NCBI GenBank assembly: GCA_963703565.1
Contig: CAVPEW010000047.1
Location: forward strand, 4,029-68,028
Reading direction: 5' to 3'
Length of the DNA: 64,000 nucleotides
Source of the DNA: an uncultured Microthrixaceae bacterium
GTDB taxonomy: Bacteria; Actinomycetota; Acidimicrobiia; Acidimicrobiales; VFJN01
Shown: positions 32,421 through 41,247 of the stretch, in pieces
How the letters are laid out: the number at the start of each line of letters is the position of its first letter
Position numbering within the stretch: the first letter of the stretch is position 1
Notes under the pieces: generated by a model
Told to the model about the DNA's origin: nothing
Database searches by the model: none
Seen by the model: the letters and a program-made list of their open reading frames with translations, nothing else
Program-made: the position numbers and the translations under genes

Positions 32421-33368
32421 ATGAGCGAGGCCGGGTCCCAGCTCAACCCGGTCCAGCGTGCCGTGCTCGAGGCGCTGGGCGCCCCCTACGACGCCAGGCC
32501 CAGCTTCGCGTCCGACCTGGCCGGCGACCTGCGCGACGAGCTCGAGGCCCGGCTCGCTCCGGTGGCCGCGCAGATCCCGACCGAGCGACCGCTGTGGCTG
32601 TCCAAGCGAGACCTGGCGGGGGTGCACGGCTGCGAGACAGCTTTCGTGGCCGACGGCGACGAGCCGTTCGCCTGGTCGGCGGCCGCGGCGCGCGGAGTCG
32701 TCGCCCACAAGGCGATCGAGCTGTCCGTGAACTGGCGGGGCGAGGCGACGCCCGGCGACCTCGTGGACGAGGCGATCGCGCGCAGCGTCGGCGAGGACAC
32801 GCTCGGGAGTTGGCTCGGCGCGCTAGGCGAGGGCGAACGGGCCGAGCTGCGCGGCGAGGCCGTCGCGCGCGTGGCCAAGTTCGCCGAGGTGTTCCCGCCG
32901 CTGGCCCCGCGTTGGGTACCGGTGACCGAGAGCCGCATGCGCGCCGAGCTGTGCGCCGACCGGGTGGTGCTCTCCGGCAAGACCGACCTCACCGTCGGCC
33001 GCGCCCAGGGGCAGGTGGCCGGCAAGGTGGTGATCGACCTGAAGTCCGGCGGCTTCGTGCCCGCGCATCGCGACGACCTGCGCTTCTACGCGCTGATCGA
33101 GACCCTTCGCCTCGGTGTGCCGCCCCGACTGCTGGCCTCGGTCTACCTGGACTCGGGTCGGATCGTGACCGAAGACGTCGACGAAGCGGTGCTCGGCGCC
33201 GCCGTCGAACGCACCGTGCGCGGCGCCGAGGCGCTGGTCGAGCTCCGATCCGGCCAGCGCCAGCCGACACTTCGCCCAGGCCCGGGCTGTCGGTGGTGCC
33301 GATGTCGCGACGACTGCGCGCAGGGTCTGGAGTGGCTCGCAGAGCGCACCGGGCAGGACGGCTGGTGA
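32421..33368 (+). CDS. PD-(D/E)XK nuclease, Cas4/RecB-like
   Basis: GVVAHKAIE, LSGKTDL, VIDLKSG, DLRFYAL, C-terminal CRWC-x5-C plus N-terminal HGCE. Confidence 0.85.
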   Translation: MSEAGSQLNPVQRAVLEALGAPYDARPSFASDLAGDLRDELEARLAPVAAQIPTERPLWLSKRDLAGVHGCETAFVADGDEPFAWSAAAARGVVAHKAIELSVNWRGEATPGDLVDEAIARSVGEDTLGSWLGALGEGERAELRGEAVARVAKFAEVFPPLAPRWVPVTESRMRAELCADRVVLSGKTDLTVGRAQGQVAGKVVIDLKSGGFVPAHRDDLRFYALIETLRLGVPPRLLASVYLDSGRIVTEDVDEAVLGAAVERTVRGAEALVELRSGQRQPTLRPGPGCRWCRCRDDCAQGLEWLAERTGQDGW

Positions 33369-34168
33369 ACGGGGCCCGTGACCCCGACCGGCTCACCGAC
33401 GTCGACGAGTGGGGTCGATCCGAGCGCTTCCGGTCACTGGTGAGACGCGCCTACCAACCGCTGTACGACCACTGGTTCCGCGTCGAGTGGGAGGGGTTGG
33501 AGCGCATCCCCCGCGAGGGTGGGGCACTGCTGGTCGCCAACCACGCCGGAGCGCTCCCCGCCGACGCCCCCGCGATCATGCACGGGATCGAGACCGAGCT
33601 CGCCCGACCCGTCTACGGCCTGGCCGACGAGCTGTTCACCGACCTGCCGGTCCTGGGAACCTGGTGGTCGCGGGCCGGGGGCGTGCTGGCCAACCCCGAC
33701 AACGCCTATCGGCTGCTGGTGTCGCGACAACTGGTACTGGCGTTCCCGGAGGGCACCAAGGGAACGGGCAAGCCCTGGTCGCAGCGCTACCAGCTCGCGC
33801 GCTTCGGGCGCGGCGGATTCGTGCGGATCGCCATGCGCGCCGGGGTGCCGCTCGTGCCCATCGCAGTGGTCGGCTCCGAGGAGGCAATGCCCATCCTGGC
33901 GCAGAGCCCTTCGCTGGCCCGCCGGCTCGGGCTGCCCTACCTGCCCCTGACGGCCAACATGGTCGCCTTCGGTCCGCTGGGCGCGCTGGTGTGGTTCCCG
34001 GCCAAGCTGAGCTTCCAGGTCCTCGAACCGATCCACTTCGCGGTCGAGCCCCACCAGCCGCGCTACTCGCGCCCGGCTGTTCTCACCGCCGCGGAGGACG
34101 TGCGCGACCGCATCCAGGGTGCCGTGGACGAGATGCGCTCCCGGCGCCGCTCGGCCTGGAGGGGCTGA
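33365..34168 (+). CDS. Lysophospholipid acyltransferase family protein
   Basis: LVANHAGALPAD (HX4D-type motif), AFPEGTKG, FGRGGF, PLVPIAVVG; GTGA overlap. Confidence 0.9.
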   Translation: MNGARDPDRLTDVDEWGRSERFRSLVRRAYQPLYDHWFRVEWEGLERIPREGGALLVANHAGALPADAPAIMHGIETELARPVYGLADELFTDLPVLGTWWSRAGGVLANPDNAYRLLVSRQLVLAFPEGTKGTGKPWSQRYQLARFGRGGFVRIAMRAGVPLVPIAVVGSEEAMPILAQSPSLARRLGLPYLPLTANMVAFGPLGALVWFPAKLSFQVLEPIHFAVEPHQPRYSRPAVLTAAEDVRDRIQGAVDEMRSRRRSAWRG

Positions 34169-34172
34169 CACG

Positions 34173-35120
34173 TTGGGTCGACGCGTGCTGGTGACCGGCT
34201 TGGCATCGTTCTGGGGAACCCGCACGGCCGCCGCGCTGACGTCGGACCCGTCGGTCGACGCGGTGATCGGCCTCGATCGAGACCCTCCCGCGAAGGTGCC
34301 GGGCCGCACGCGCTTCGTGGCGACCGACGAGCGCTACTCGAACCTGACCCGCATCGTGGCAGACGAGGGAATCGACACGCTGGTGCACTCCTTCCTGGTC
34401 GTCGACTCGACCCGAGCCTCGGCTCGCGACCTGCACGAGACCAACGTCATCGGCACCATGAACCTGTGCGCGGCGGCGACGGGAACCTCCGTACGCCAGG
34501 TCGTGGTCAAGTCGTCCACCCTCGTGTACGGCTCGAGGCCCGGCGATCCCACCTACTTCGAGGAGGACACGGCACCCCGCACGGCCCCACGGGGCGCGGT
34601 GGCGCGCAGCCTGGTGGAGGTCGAGGCCTACGTGCGGGACTTCGCGCTCGACAACCCGTCGGTGGCCGTGGCCGTGCTGCGCTTCGCCAACGTGGTCGGA
34701 CCCACCATCGACACTGCGCTGACCCGGGCGCTGCTGTCTCCGCTGGTGCCCGCCGTCGGCGGGTTCGACCCGCGGTTGCAGCTCGTCGACGAGGCAGACG
34801 TGGTGCGCGCGATCTGCTTCGTCGTCGAGCGTGAGGTGCGCGGCACCTACAACGTGGCAGCCGACGGGCTGGTCCCGTGGCGCGAGCTGGCGGCGATCTG
34901 CGGGCGCCGCACCGTCTCGCTCCCTCCGCTCGCAACCAGCCTGGCTGCGCGCCCGCTCGCCAGGCTGGGCTTGGAGCTGCCCCCCGAGCTGCTCGACCTC
35001 TTGCGCCACGGACGCGGCGTCGACAACGGTCGGCTCCGCCGGGCAGGGTTCAGCTACACGCGCACGACAGCGGGCGCGGCGGCTGCCTTCGCGCGGGACC
35101 GGGTAGCAACACCGTCGTGA
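34173..35120 (+). CDS. NAD-dependent epimerase/dehydratase
   Basis: RVLVTG, NVIGTMNL, KSSTLVYG, LRFANVVGP, GFDPRLQ; TTG start with GGAGG. Confidence 0.88.
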   Translation: MGRRVLVTGLASFWGTRTAAALTSDPSVDAVIGLDRDPPAKVPGRTRFVATDERYSNLTRIVADEGIDTLVHSFLVVDSTRASARDLHETNVIGTMNLCAAATGTSVRQVVVKSSTLVYGSRPGDPTYFEEDTAPRTAPRGAVARSLVEVEAYVRDFALDNPSVAVAVLRFANVVGPTIDTALTRALLSPLVPAVGGFDPRLQLVDEADVVRAICFVVEREVRGTYNVAADGLVPWRELAAICGRRTVSLPPLATSLAARPLARLGLELPPELLDLLRHGRGVDNGRLRRAGFSYTRTTAGAAAAFARDRVATPS

Positions 35121-35138
35121 ACGGACCCACCCGGGGGC

Positions 35139-35179
35139 CCCACCGGGCCCGAGACGAACCGGCCCACCGGGCCCGAGAC
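35139..35179 (+). repeat. 17-bp direct repeat x2, 24-bp period
   Basis: CCCACCGGGCCCGAGAC at 35139-35155 and 35163-35179. Confidence 0.8.
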
Positions 35180-35191
35180 AAGGGAGCTCAC

Positions 35192-35680
35192 ATGACCCTG
35201 GATCCCCAAGCCAAGAAGACTGCACTGCGAGCGATCAACTACGGCCTGCACGTGGTCACGGCCCGTTCGGGTGACGACCTCGCGGCTGCCGGAGTCAACT
35301 GGCTGACCCAGGCCAGCTTCGATCCACCGCTGGTAGCGGCTGCCATCAAGACCGACAACGACTCCCACCGCCTCATCGGATCCACGGGGGCGTTCGCGGT
35401 GAACGTGCTGGGCGCCGACCAGCTCGACATCGGCAAGGCGTTCTTCCGCACCTCGACCGTGGAAGGCGACACCATCAACGGCCACCGGTTCGAGCCCGGA
35501 CCCGAAACGGGCTGCCCGCTGCTGGTCGAGCTGGCCTACTGGTTCGAGTGCCGGGTGACCGACACCGTCGAGCGCGGCGACCACAGCGTGTTCGTGGCTG
35601 AGGTGGTCGGCGCCGGCGTGCGCGACGACGCTGTCGTGCCCCTGCTGCTACGCGACACCGGCATGAACTACGGGGGGTGA
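35192..35680 (+). CDS. Flavin reductase family protein
   Basis: LRAINYGLHVVT, WLTQASFDPPLV, GDHSVFVAEV, GMNYGG. Confidence 0.9.
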   Translation: MTLDPQAKKTALRAINYGLHVVTARSGDDLAAAGVNWLTQASFDPPLVAAAIKTDNDSHRLIGSTGAFAVNVLGADQLDIGKAFFRTSTVEGDTINGHRFEPGPETGCPLLVELAYWFECRVTDTVERGDHSVFVAEVVGAGVRDDAVVPLLLRDTGMNYGG

Positions 35681-35736
35681 GCCACGGGGACCCGGAGGTG
35701 CCCAGCCTGCGGGGCCGAGCACCTCCGGCTAACCCC

Positions 35737-36912
35737 CTAGTTTCCGTTGACGCTCCAGTGCCAGGGCTCGCTTGGCAGGTTGCTCAGTCCGAACCTGCCC
35801 GCGTTCTGGTTCAGCCACTGGAAGGCGGGCGAGCTGCGCGATCCGATCGAGCTGCCCCCGGAGGTGAAGTCGATGGCCAGGCCCCGCTCGTGCATCGACG
35901 AGCCGGGTCGCGCCGTGGGCACGGTGCAGCGCACGTCACAGTTGTGCTCGTCCCACAGCTCCTGTTGGCGCTGCGAGCTGCGCCAACCCCAGCCGCACAG
36001 CCCGATCCCGTCGGGTGCAGCGTTGAGCAGGCCCTGCACGCTCGACGCGATCGAGTCGTCCACGGTGATCGAACCGCCCGTGGGGCACGACACCGTGGCC
36101 AGCGTGCCGTTGTAGGCCACCGAGCTGCCACCACGCGAGCCGCCGCCGACCCTCACCCGGGTAGCCAGGGCCGCCTGCTGGGCGGCGATCTTGGCCGAGA
36201 GGGAGGCATCGAGCTGCTCTAGGCCGGCGGCCTCGCCGAGCGCCCGGGCCAGGCGAGCCTCCACGTCGGCACCGAACGCGGCCTGCTGGTCGCGAGCCGA
36301 GGTCAGCTCGGCCAGGCGGGACTCCACCTCGGACGCCTTGGCGTCGGCCGCCTCCTTGGCCTGAGCGGCCCGCGCGCGCTCGGCGGCCAGATCCTCCTGG
36401 GCGGCATCGAGGCGGTCGAGCAGATCGGCGTCGGACTGGTTCTGCAGGTCGAGCAGCGCCCGCTTGCGAGCCGCGTCGGAGGGGTCGTCGGCGTCGAGGG
36501 ACTGCATGGCCTCGTCGGCCGGCGGGTGGATGAAGGCGTCGATCGCGAACTCGCGGATCTGGCTCTGTAGCCGGGCGATCTCGGCCTGCTTGGCCTCCAC
36601 CGCCGCTGTGGCCGCAGCCAGCGACTCCTCGGCTTGGCGGGCCGCGCGGCGGGCCTCGTCGACCCGGGCCTGCTGGCCGACCACGTTGGCCTCCAGGTTG
36701 GCCAGTGCAGCCTCGATCTCGGCATCGGAAGCGCGCAGCACGTCGATCCTGCCGGCGACCTGGGCCCGCTCGGCTCGGACCTTGGCCCGCTCCGCGGACG
36801 GATCTCCACCACGCCCGGCCCCAGCGAGGCCGGGAAGCGCGAGCAGGGCAGCGGCGCTCAGCGAGGCGACGATGAGCCACCGGGAGCGGAGAGCTGGCTT
36901 GGTGGAACGCAC
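35737..36912 (-). CDS. Secreted coiled-coil protein with C-terminal M15 (VanY-like) peptidase
   Basis: Signal peptide; CwlO/PcsB-like coiled coil; WRSSQRQQ, ARPGSSMHERGLAID (SxHxxGxAxD), SEPWHWS (ExxH). Confidence 0.9.
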   Translation of the reverse strand: MRSTKPALRSRWLIVASLSAAALLALPGLAGAGRGGDPSAERAKVRAERAQVAGRIDVLRASDAEIEAALANLEANVVGQQARVDEARRAARQAEESLAAATAAVEAKQAEIARLQSQIREFAIDAFIHPPADEAMQSLDADDPSDAARKRALLDLQNQSDADLLDRLDAAQEDLAAERARAAQAKEAADAKASEVESRLAELTSARDQQAAFGADVEARLARALGEAAGLEQLDASLSAKIAAQQAALATRVRVGGGSRGGSSVAYNGTLATVSCPTGGSITVDDSIASSVQGLLNAAPDGIGLCGWGWRSSQRQQELWDEHNCDVRCTVPTARPGSSMHERGLAIDFTSGGSSIGSRSSPAFQWLNQNAGRFGLSNLPSEPWHWSVNGN

Positions 36913-37141
36913 GATCAGGTACGACCTCGGAGCTTCAGGGGCGGGCGGGCCCTGCGGACGGGAGCGGGGACGGGACTGGCTCGACGTGGGTTGGCTTGGA
37001 GCCTCGGGCGTTCAGGACCCGGTCGTGAGGCCGGACGGATCGACGACGCTGGGAGGGGGAAGGGTTCGTCGGCAGTGACGAAGGGCGATCGGCCCCGGCC
37101 AGCGACACCGAACCGTAACAATCTTGGTGTCGACTGTCACG

Positions 37142-37169
37142 TCATCGGCCCGGATCGGCCGAATCTGTA
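37142..37169 (-). promoter_or_regulatory. Putative FliA/WhiG-type promoter
   Basis: TACA-N16-GCCGATGA on the minus strand versus consensus TAAA-N16-GCCGATAA, upstream of the M15 peptidase. Confidence 0.4.
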
Positions 37170-37261
37170 ACCCCCAGGTCCCCGCGGTGTGGTCGGCGGG
37201 GCCGGCATGGTCCGTGTCGCGTCCCTGCCACGGTGCCACCGGCGCCGGAACGACGCCCACG

Positions 37262-38098
37262 TCAAGCCCCGAAGGTGACGGAGTCAGCCACGGCTGTCGC
37301 CAGGGCATCGTGGCCGGCAGCGTCCTCGCTGGTGACCACCAGCGACCACACGGCGTCGGGACCGGCCACGAGCCACTGGGTGCCGTGGGCCTCGACTCCG
37401 TTGGCGGACACGGTGAACCGGATGGCCAGTCGAACCAGGTTGCGGGGACCGCCCGGCGCTGCGGTGCCGGCGGCGGCACCGGGAGGTGCCGCCGCGAGGG
37501 CCTGCGCAGCGGCGCGCTCGAGCGCCGCGGCATCGTCAGCGCGCTCGAGCGCCGCGGCATCGTCAGCGCGCTCGAGCGCCGCGGCATCGTCAGCGCGCTC
37601 GAGCGCCGCGGCATCGTCACTGCGCTCGGCGTCGGGCCGGGGTAGGCGCAACAGCTTGAGGTCCGACACCCGTCCGGCCCCATCCACGCCGGCCGCGTAC
37701 AACGATGCTCCGGACCCTGCCGCGTTGCGCGCCGCCTCCACGAAGCCCCTGGAGGCGCCGGCGAGCCCACCCAGGCGGTCGAGCGCCTCCGCTGTGAGCA
37801 CCGTCGCCTGCCAGCCGCTGGGCACGCCCAGCCCTATGCCCAGCGAGGGCAGCGGGATCGGGCTCCACCCTTCGGGCACCACCACGTCGAGGCCGCCCGT
37901 GGCCAGCGTCGTCGACGACGTCGCCCCGTGCGGGCCGGGGGCGGGGGTCGTCGTGCTCGACGAGGCAGCTGCTACTGCGCCATCCCCGTCGCTGCCATCG
38001 TCGCTGCACCCAGCCAAGACCAGGGCGATGACGAGGGCCGCGACGGGGATCACCCGCACGGGCGCGCAGCGAGCGCGCGGCCGTCCGACCCTCCTCAC
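37262..38098 (-). CDS. Lipoprotein of unknown function with internal 9-aa tandem repeat
   Basis: VAALVIALVLAGC lipobox, S/T/P-rich linker, (DDAAALERA)x4; start 38098 or 38059. Confidence 0.75.
   Translation of the reverse strand: MRRVGRPRARCAPVRVIPVAALVIALVLAGCSDDGSDGDGAVAAASSSTTTPAPGPHGATSSTTLATGGLDVVVPEGWSPIPLPSLGIGLGVPSGWQATVLTAEALDRLGGLAGASRGFVEAARNAAGSGASLYAAGVDGAGRVSDLKLLRLPRPDAERSDDAAALERADDAAALERADDAAALERADDAAALERAAAQALAAAPPGAAAGTAAPGGPRNLVRLAIRFTVSANGVEAHGTQWLVAGPDAVWSLVVTSEDAAGHDALATAVADSVTFGA
37512..37619. repeat. 27-bp exact tandem repeat x4 (in-frame VNTR)
   Basis: GCGCGCTCGAGCGCCGCGGCATCGTCA repeated four times head-to-tail. Confidence 0.97.
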
Positions 38099-38685
38099 GT
38101 CACCCACGCCGAGAGCAGCTCCTCGCGGCGCTCGTCCCACTCCTCGACGGTGATGGCGTAACGGACGTGGTCCTCCCACACCCCGTTTATCTCGAGGTAG
38201 CGCAGGGCCACACCCTCGTCGCGCAGGGCGAGCTTCTCCACGACGCGACGGCTGGCCCGGTTGCGAGGGATTATCGAGATCTGCAAGCGATGCAGGGAGA
38301 GCTGCTCGAAGGCGTGCTGGCACAGGACCACCAGCGACTCGGGCACCAACGACTGCCCGGCACGGGCCTCGTCTATCCAGTAGCCCACGTAGGCGTTCTG
38401 GAACGGGCCGCGCTGGACGATGTTGAGGTTGATCTCACCCGCGAAGTGGCCCTCGACGAAGATCCCGTAGCCATAGCCGGTGCCCAACTGGCGCTCCCGA
38501 GCCCGGGCGCTGCAGCGCAGGGCGAACGCGTCGCGGTCCTCGACGGGGTCGGGCGTGTGCGGGAGCCGCTGGGGTTCCCAGCGCTCCAGCCAGTCGTGGT
38601 TGCGGCGCCGCACCTCCCGCCACGCGCCGAAGTCGGCCTGCAGCAGCGGGCGCAACAGCACGCGGCGGCCGATCAGGGTGCTCAC
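38095..38685 (-). CDS. GNAT acetyltransferase, RimJ-like
   Basis: WLERWEP, AYVGYWID, LSLHRL, PRNRASRRVVEKL, YLEINGVWEDH. Confidence 0.9.
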   Translation of the reverse strand: MSTLIGRRVLLRPLLQADFGAWREVRRRNHDWLERWEPQRLPHTPDPVEDRDAFALRCSARARERQLGTGYGYGIFVEGHFAGEINLNIVQRGPFQNAYVGYWIDEARAGQSLVPESLVVLCQHAFEQLSLHRLQISIIPRNRASRRVVEKLALRDEGVALRYLEINGVWEDHVRYAITVEEWDERREELLSAWVT

Positions 38686-39767
38686 CTGCCGAGCACCTCT
38701 CCCAGAGCTGCCAGGGCCAAGGTCACGTTGCGCTCGCGCGCCGTGTGGCCCATCGAGCCGATCCGCCACAGCCGGCCCGCGAACTCGCCCACCCCGCCCC
38801 CGATCTCGAGCCCGTAGCGGGCCAGCAGCTCGGAGCGCACCGCGGCGTCGTCGACGCCGTCGGGCACCCACACGGTGGTGAGCTCGGGCAGCCGATGGCC
38901 CTCGGCCGCGAAGAGCTCCATGCCCATCGACTCCAGGCCGTCCTGCAGGAGCGTGCCGCAGCGCAGGTGGCGCTCCCGCGCACCCTCGAGTCCCTCCTCG
39001 AGCAGGGCGCCGAGCCCTGCATGCAGCGATGCGACCATCGACACGGGCGCCGTGTGATGGTACCGGCGGGTTCCTGTGGCGGTGCCCACGTACCCACCGA
39101 TCATCCGCAGGTCTAGGTACCAGCTGGGGCAACGTTGCACCAGGCGCTCGCGGGCCCGGTCCGACACGGTCAACGGTGCCAGCCCCGGCGGCACCCCGAG
39201 GCACTTCTGGGTGCCCGAGTAGGCCAGGTCGACACCCCAGGCGTCGACGTCGACGTCGATGCCACCCAGGCTGGTGACGCAGTCGACCAGCAGCAGCGCG
39301 TCGCCCTTCGAGGCGCCCAGCTCGGCGACGTCGGAACGAACCCCCGTCGAGGTCTCGGCATGCACCATGGCGATCACCGACGGCGATGGGTGCGCGCCCA
39401 GCACGCGCCCTGCGTCCACGGGTGCGCCCCAGTCGTGCTCGACGGCGACCACCTCGGCGCCGCAGCGACCAGCCACGTCGACCATGCGCTGGCCGAACAG
39501 CCCGTTCACGGCCACGACCACGACGTCGCCAGGCGACACGACGTTGACGAAGGCGGCCTCCATCCCCGCTGAGCCGGTGCCGCTGATCGGCACCGTCAAC
39601 GCGTTGGTCGTGCCGAACGCGACGCGCAGGCGCTCGCAGGTCTGGTCGATGAGGGCCAGGAACTCGGGGTCGAGGTGGCCCAGCATCGGTCGCCCGAGCG
39701 CCTCGACGGCCTCGGGGTACGGGTTGCAGGGCCCGGGGCCCATCAGGACGCGGTCGGTGGTGGGCAC
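38682..39767 (-). CDS. Alanine/serine-glyoxylate aminotransferase (class V)
   Basis: LMGPGP, SGTGSAGME, HAETSTG, DCVTSLGG, YSGTQKCL, YHHTAP. Confidence 0.93.
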   Translation of the reverse strand: MPTTDRVLMGPGPCNPYPEAVEALGRPMLGHLDPEFLALIDQTCERLRVAFGTTNALTVPISGTGSAGMEAAFVNVVSPGDVVVVAVNGLFGQRMVDVAGRCGAEVVAVEHDWGAPVDAGRVLGAHPSPSVIAMVHAETSTGVRSDVAELGASKGDALLLVDCVTSLGGIDVDVDAWGVDLAYSGTQKCLGVPPGLAPLTVSDRARERLVQRCPSWYLDLRMIGGYVGTATGTRRYHHTAPVSMVASLHAGLGALLEEGLEGARERHLRCGTLLQDGLESMGMELFAAEGHRLPELTTVWVPDGVDDAAVRSELLARYGLEIGGGVGEFAGRLWRIGSMGHTARERNVTLALAALGEVLGR

Positions 39768-39783
39768 GCCCGGAAGTTACCGG

Positions 39784-40696
39784 TCAGAGGCTGGCCACGA
39801 GACCGTCGAGGATGTCGGCCTCGGACACGAGCATCGAGTCGGCGCCGAGGGTGCGCAGCAGAGCCACCAGCACGCAACACCCACCCACGATCACGTCCGC
39901 CCTGGCCGGCTCGAGGCCCGGGTTGTGCACGCGGGTGGCGAGATCCTCGGTGGCCAGCGTGCGGAACACGTCCTCTGCCGCGTCACGCGTCAGGGTGAAG
40001 TGGTGGATGGCCGAGCGGTCGTAGTCGGCCAGGCCCAGCTCGACGGCCGCGACCGTGGTGATGGTGCCCGCCAGGCCCACGATCGTGCGAGCATCGGACA
40101 CCCCGGGCACCTCGCGCTGCACGTCGGCTACGTGCTCGACGGCCCAGCCGATGGCGTCGGTCAGCTCCTCGGGGCGCGGCGGGTCGTGGTGCAGGTACTT
40201 CTCGGTCAGCCGCACGCAGCCCACGTCGAGGGACCGCACGGCCTCCACCGAAGCCGACCCCACGATGATCTCCGTCGACCCGCCGCCGATGTCGACCACC
40301 AGGAACGGACCCCGTGCCTGGTCGAGCTTCTGCGGTGGCCCCCCGGAAGGACAGCTCGCCCTCCTCGGCACCACTGAGCAGCTCGGGACGGGCGCCGATG
40401 GCCACCTCGGCGGCGTCGAAGAACTCGTCGCGGTTCGCCGCGTCGCGTGCCGCCGAGGTGGCCGTGATCCGCAGGCGCGAGACCCCGTGCGCGTCCGCCA
40501 CGGAGCGGTAGTCGCCCAGCACAGCGACCGTTCGCTCGATGGCCTCGGGGTCGAGGCGCCCGCTGGCGTCGACGCCCTTGCCCAGCCGGGTTATCACGGC
40601 ACGCCGCTCGACCGTGCGGGGGGGACCGCCGTCGCGCTCGGCCACCAGCAGGCGCGTCGAGTTGGTGCCGCAGTCGACCGCGGCCAGCCGCTCCAT
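39784..40696 (-). CDS. ppx: Exopolyphosphatase Ppx/GppA family, +1 frameshift at ~40324-40330
   Basis: AAVDCGTNSTRL, ATSAARDAAN, then VDIGGGSTE and RADVIVGG in the next frame. Confidence 0.92.
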
Positions 40697-40707
40697 GGAG
40701 GCGCAGG

Positions 40708-41247
40708 CTACCCAGCGGCCGGGGCGCCGCCAGCGGGGCGGCGATCCTCGTGGAGGTGCCGGTGCACCCAGCTGCCCACCGGGTCATCACCTCCGACGAG
40801 GTACCAGGCGTAGTGGGCGTGGAGGCACTTCACCCCGACGCGCGTGCCACCGACGCCTCCCGCTGCCCGCCGACGCGGACCGGTGCCGGCTGCCGAGCGC
40901 CGCGGCGCGTCCATCAAGGCGGGCTCAGCTGCCTCCCGCATCAAGGCACGCTCAGCTGCCTCCCGCTCGAGCCGGTACCGGTCGTGGGCGGCCGCCAACT
41001 CGGACGGGTCGACCTCCGCCTCGGCGCGGTCCACGCCGCCCGCCGACTCCAGGCGTGACACCCAGGTCCGCTCCGGCTCGCCGACGAGCCACCAGCGCGT
41101 CGGCATCGGGGTGCCGTCGTCGAGCCACGGATCGTTGCGCAGCACCAGCGGGGAGCCGTCGGCATGGTGCAGCACCACTTCGAAACCACCTCGCGGTGGC
41201 CGCCCCAACAGGGCGGCGACCGCTGCCTCGTCGGCCGAGCCGGTCAG
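40708..41247 (-). CDS. DUF501 family protein (Rv1025-like); start uncertain
   Basis: LGRPPRG, DDGTPMPTRWWL, VSRLESAG, GVGG...VKCLHAHYA; CTG 41247 overlaps the coxG stop, or TTG 41208. Confidence 0.85.
   Translation of the reverse strand: MTGSADEAAVAALLGRPPRGGFEVVLHHADGSPLVLRNDPWLDDGTPMPTRWWLVGEPERTWVSRLESAGGVDRAEAEVDPSELAAAHDRYRLEREAAERALMREAAEPALMDAPRRSAAGTGPRRRAAGGVGGTRVGVKCLHAHYAWYLVGGDDPVGSWVHRHLHEDRRPAGGAPAAG
40912..40965. repeat. 27-bp imperfect tandem duplication inside DUF501
   Basis: CATCAAGGC(GG/AC)GCTCAGCTGCCTCCCG x2, giving REAAERALM-REAAEPALM. Confidence 0.85.

Noticed and set aside
32421-33368. cas4 of a CRISPR-Cas locus
   Set aside because: No cas1, cas2 or array in the window; treated as a solo nuclease.
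36913-37140. c-di-AMP (ydaO) riboswitch
   Set aside because: The context fits, but the conserved sequence blocks were not recognisable by eye.
37512-37619. CRISPR array
   Set aside because: Units are head-to-tail with no spacers, in frame within a lipoprotein, and no cas operon is present.
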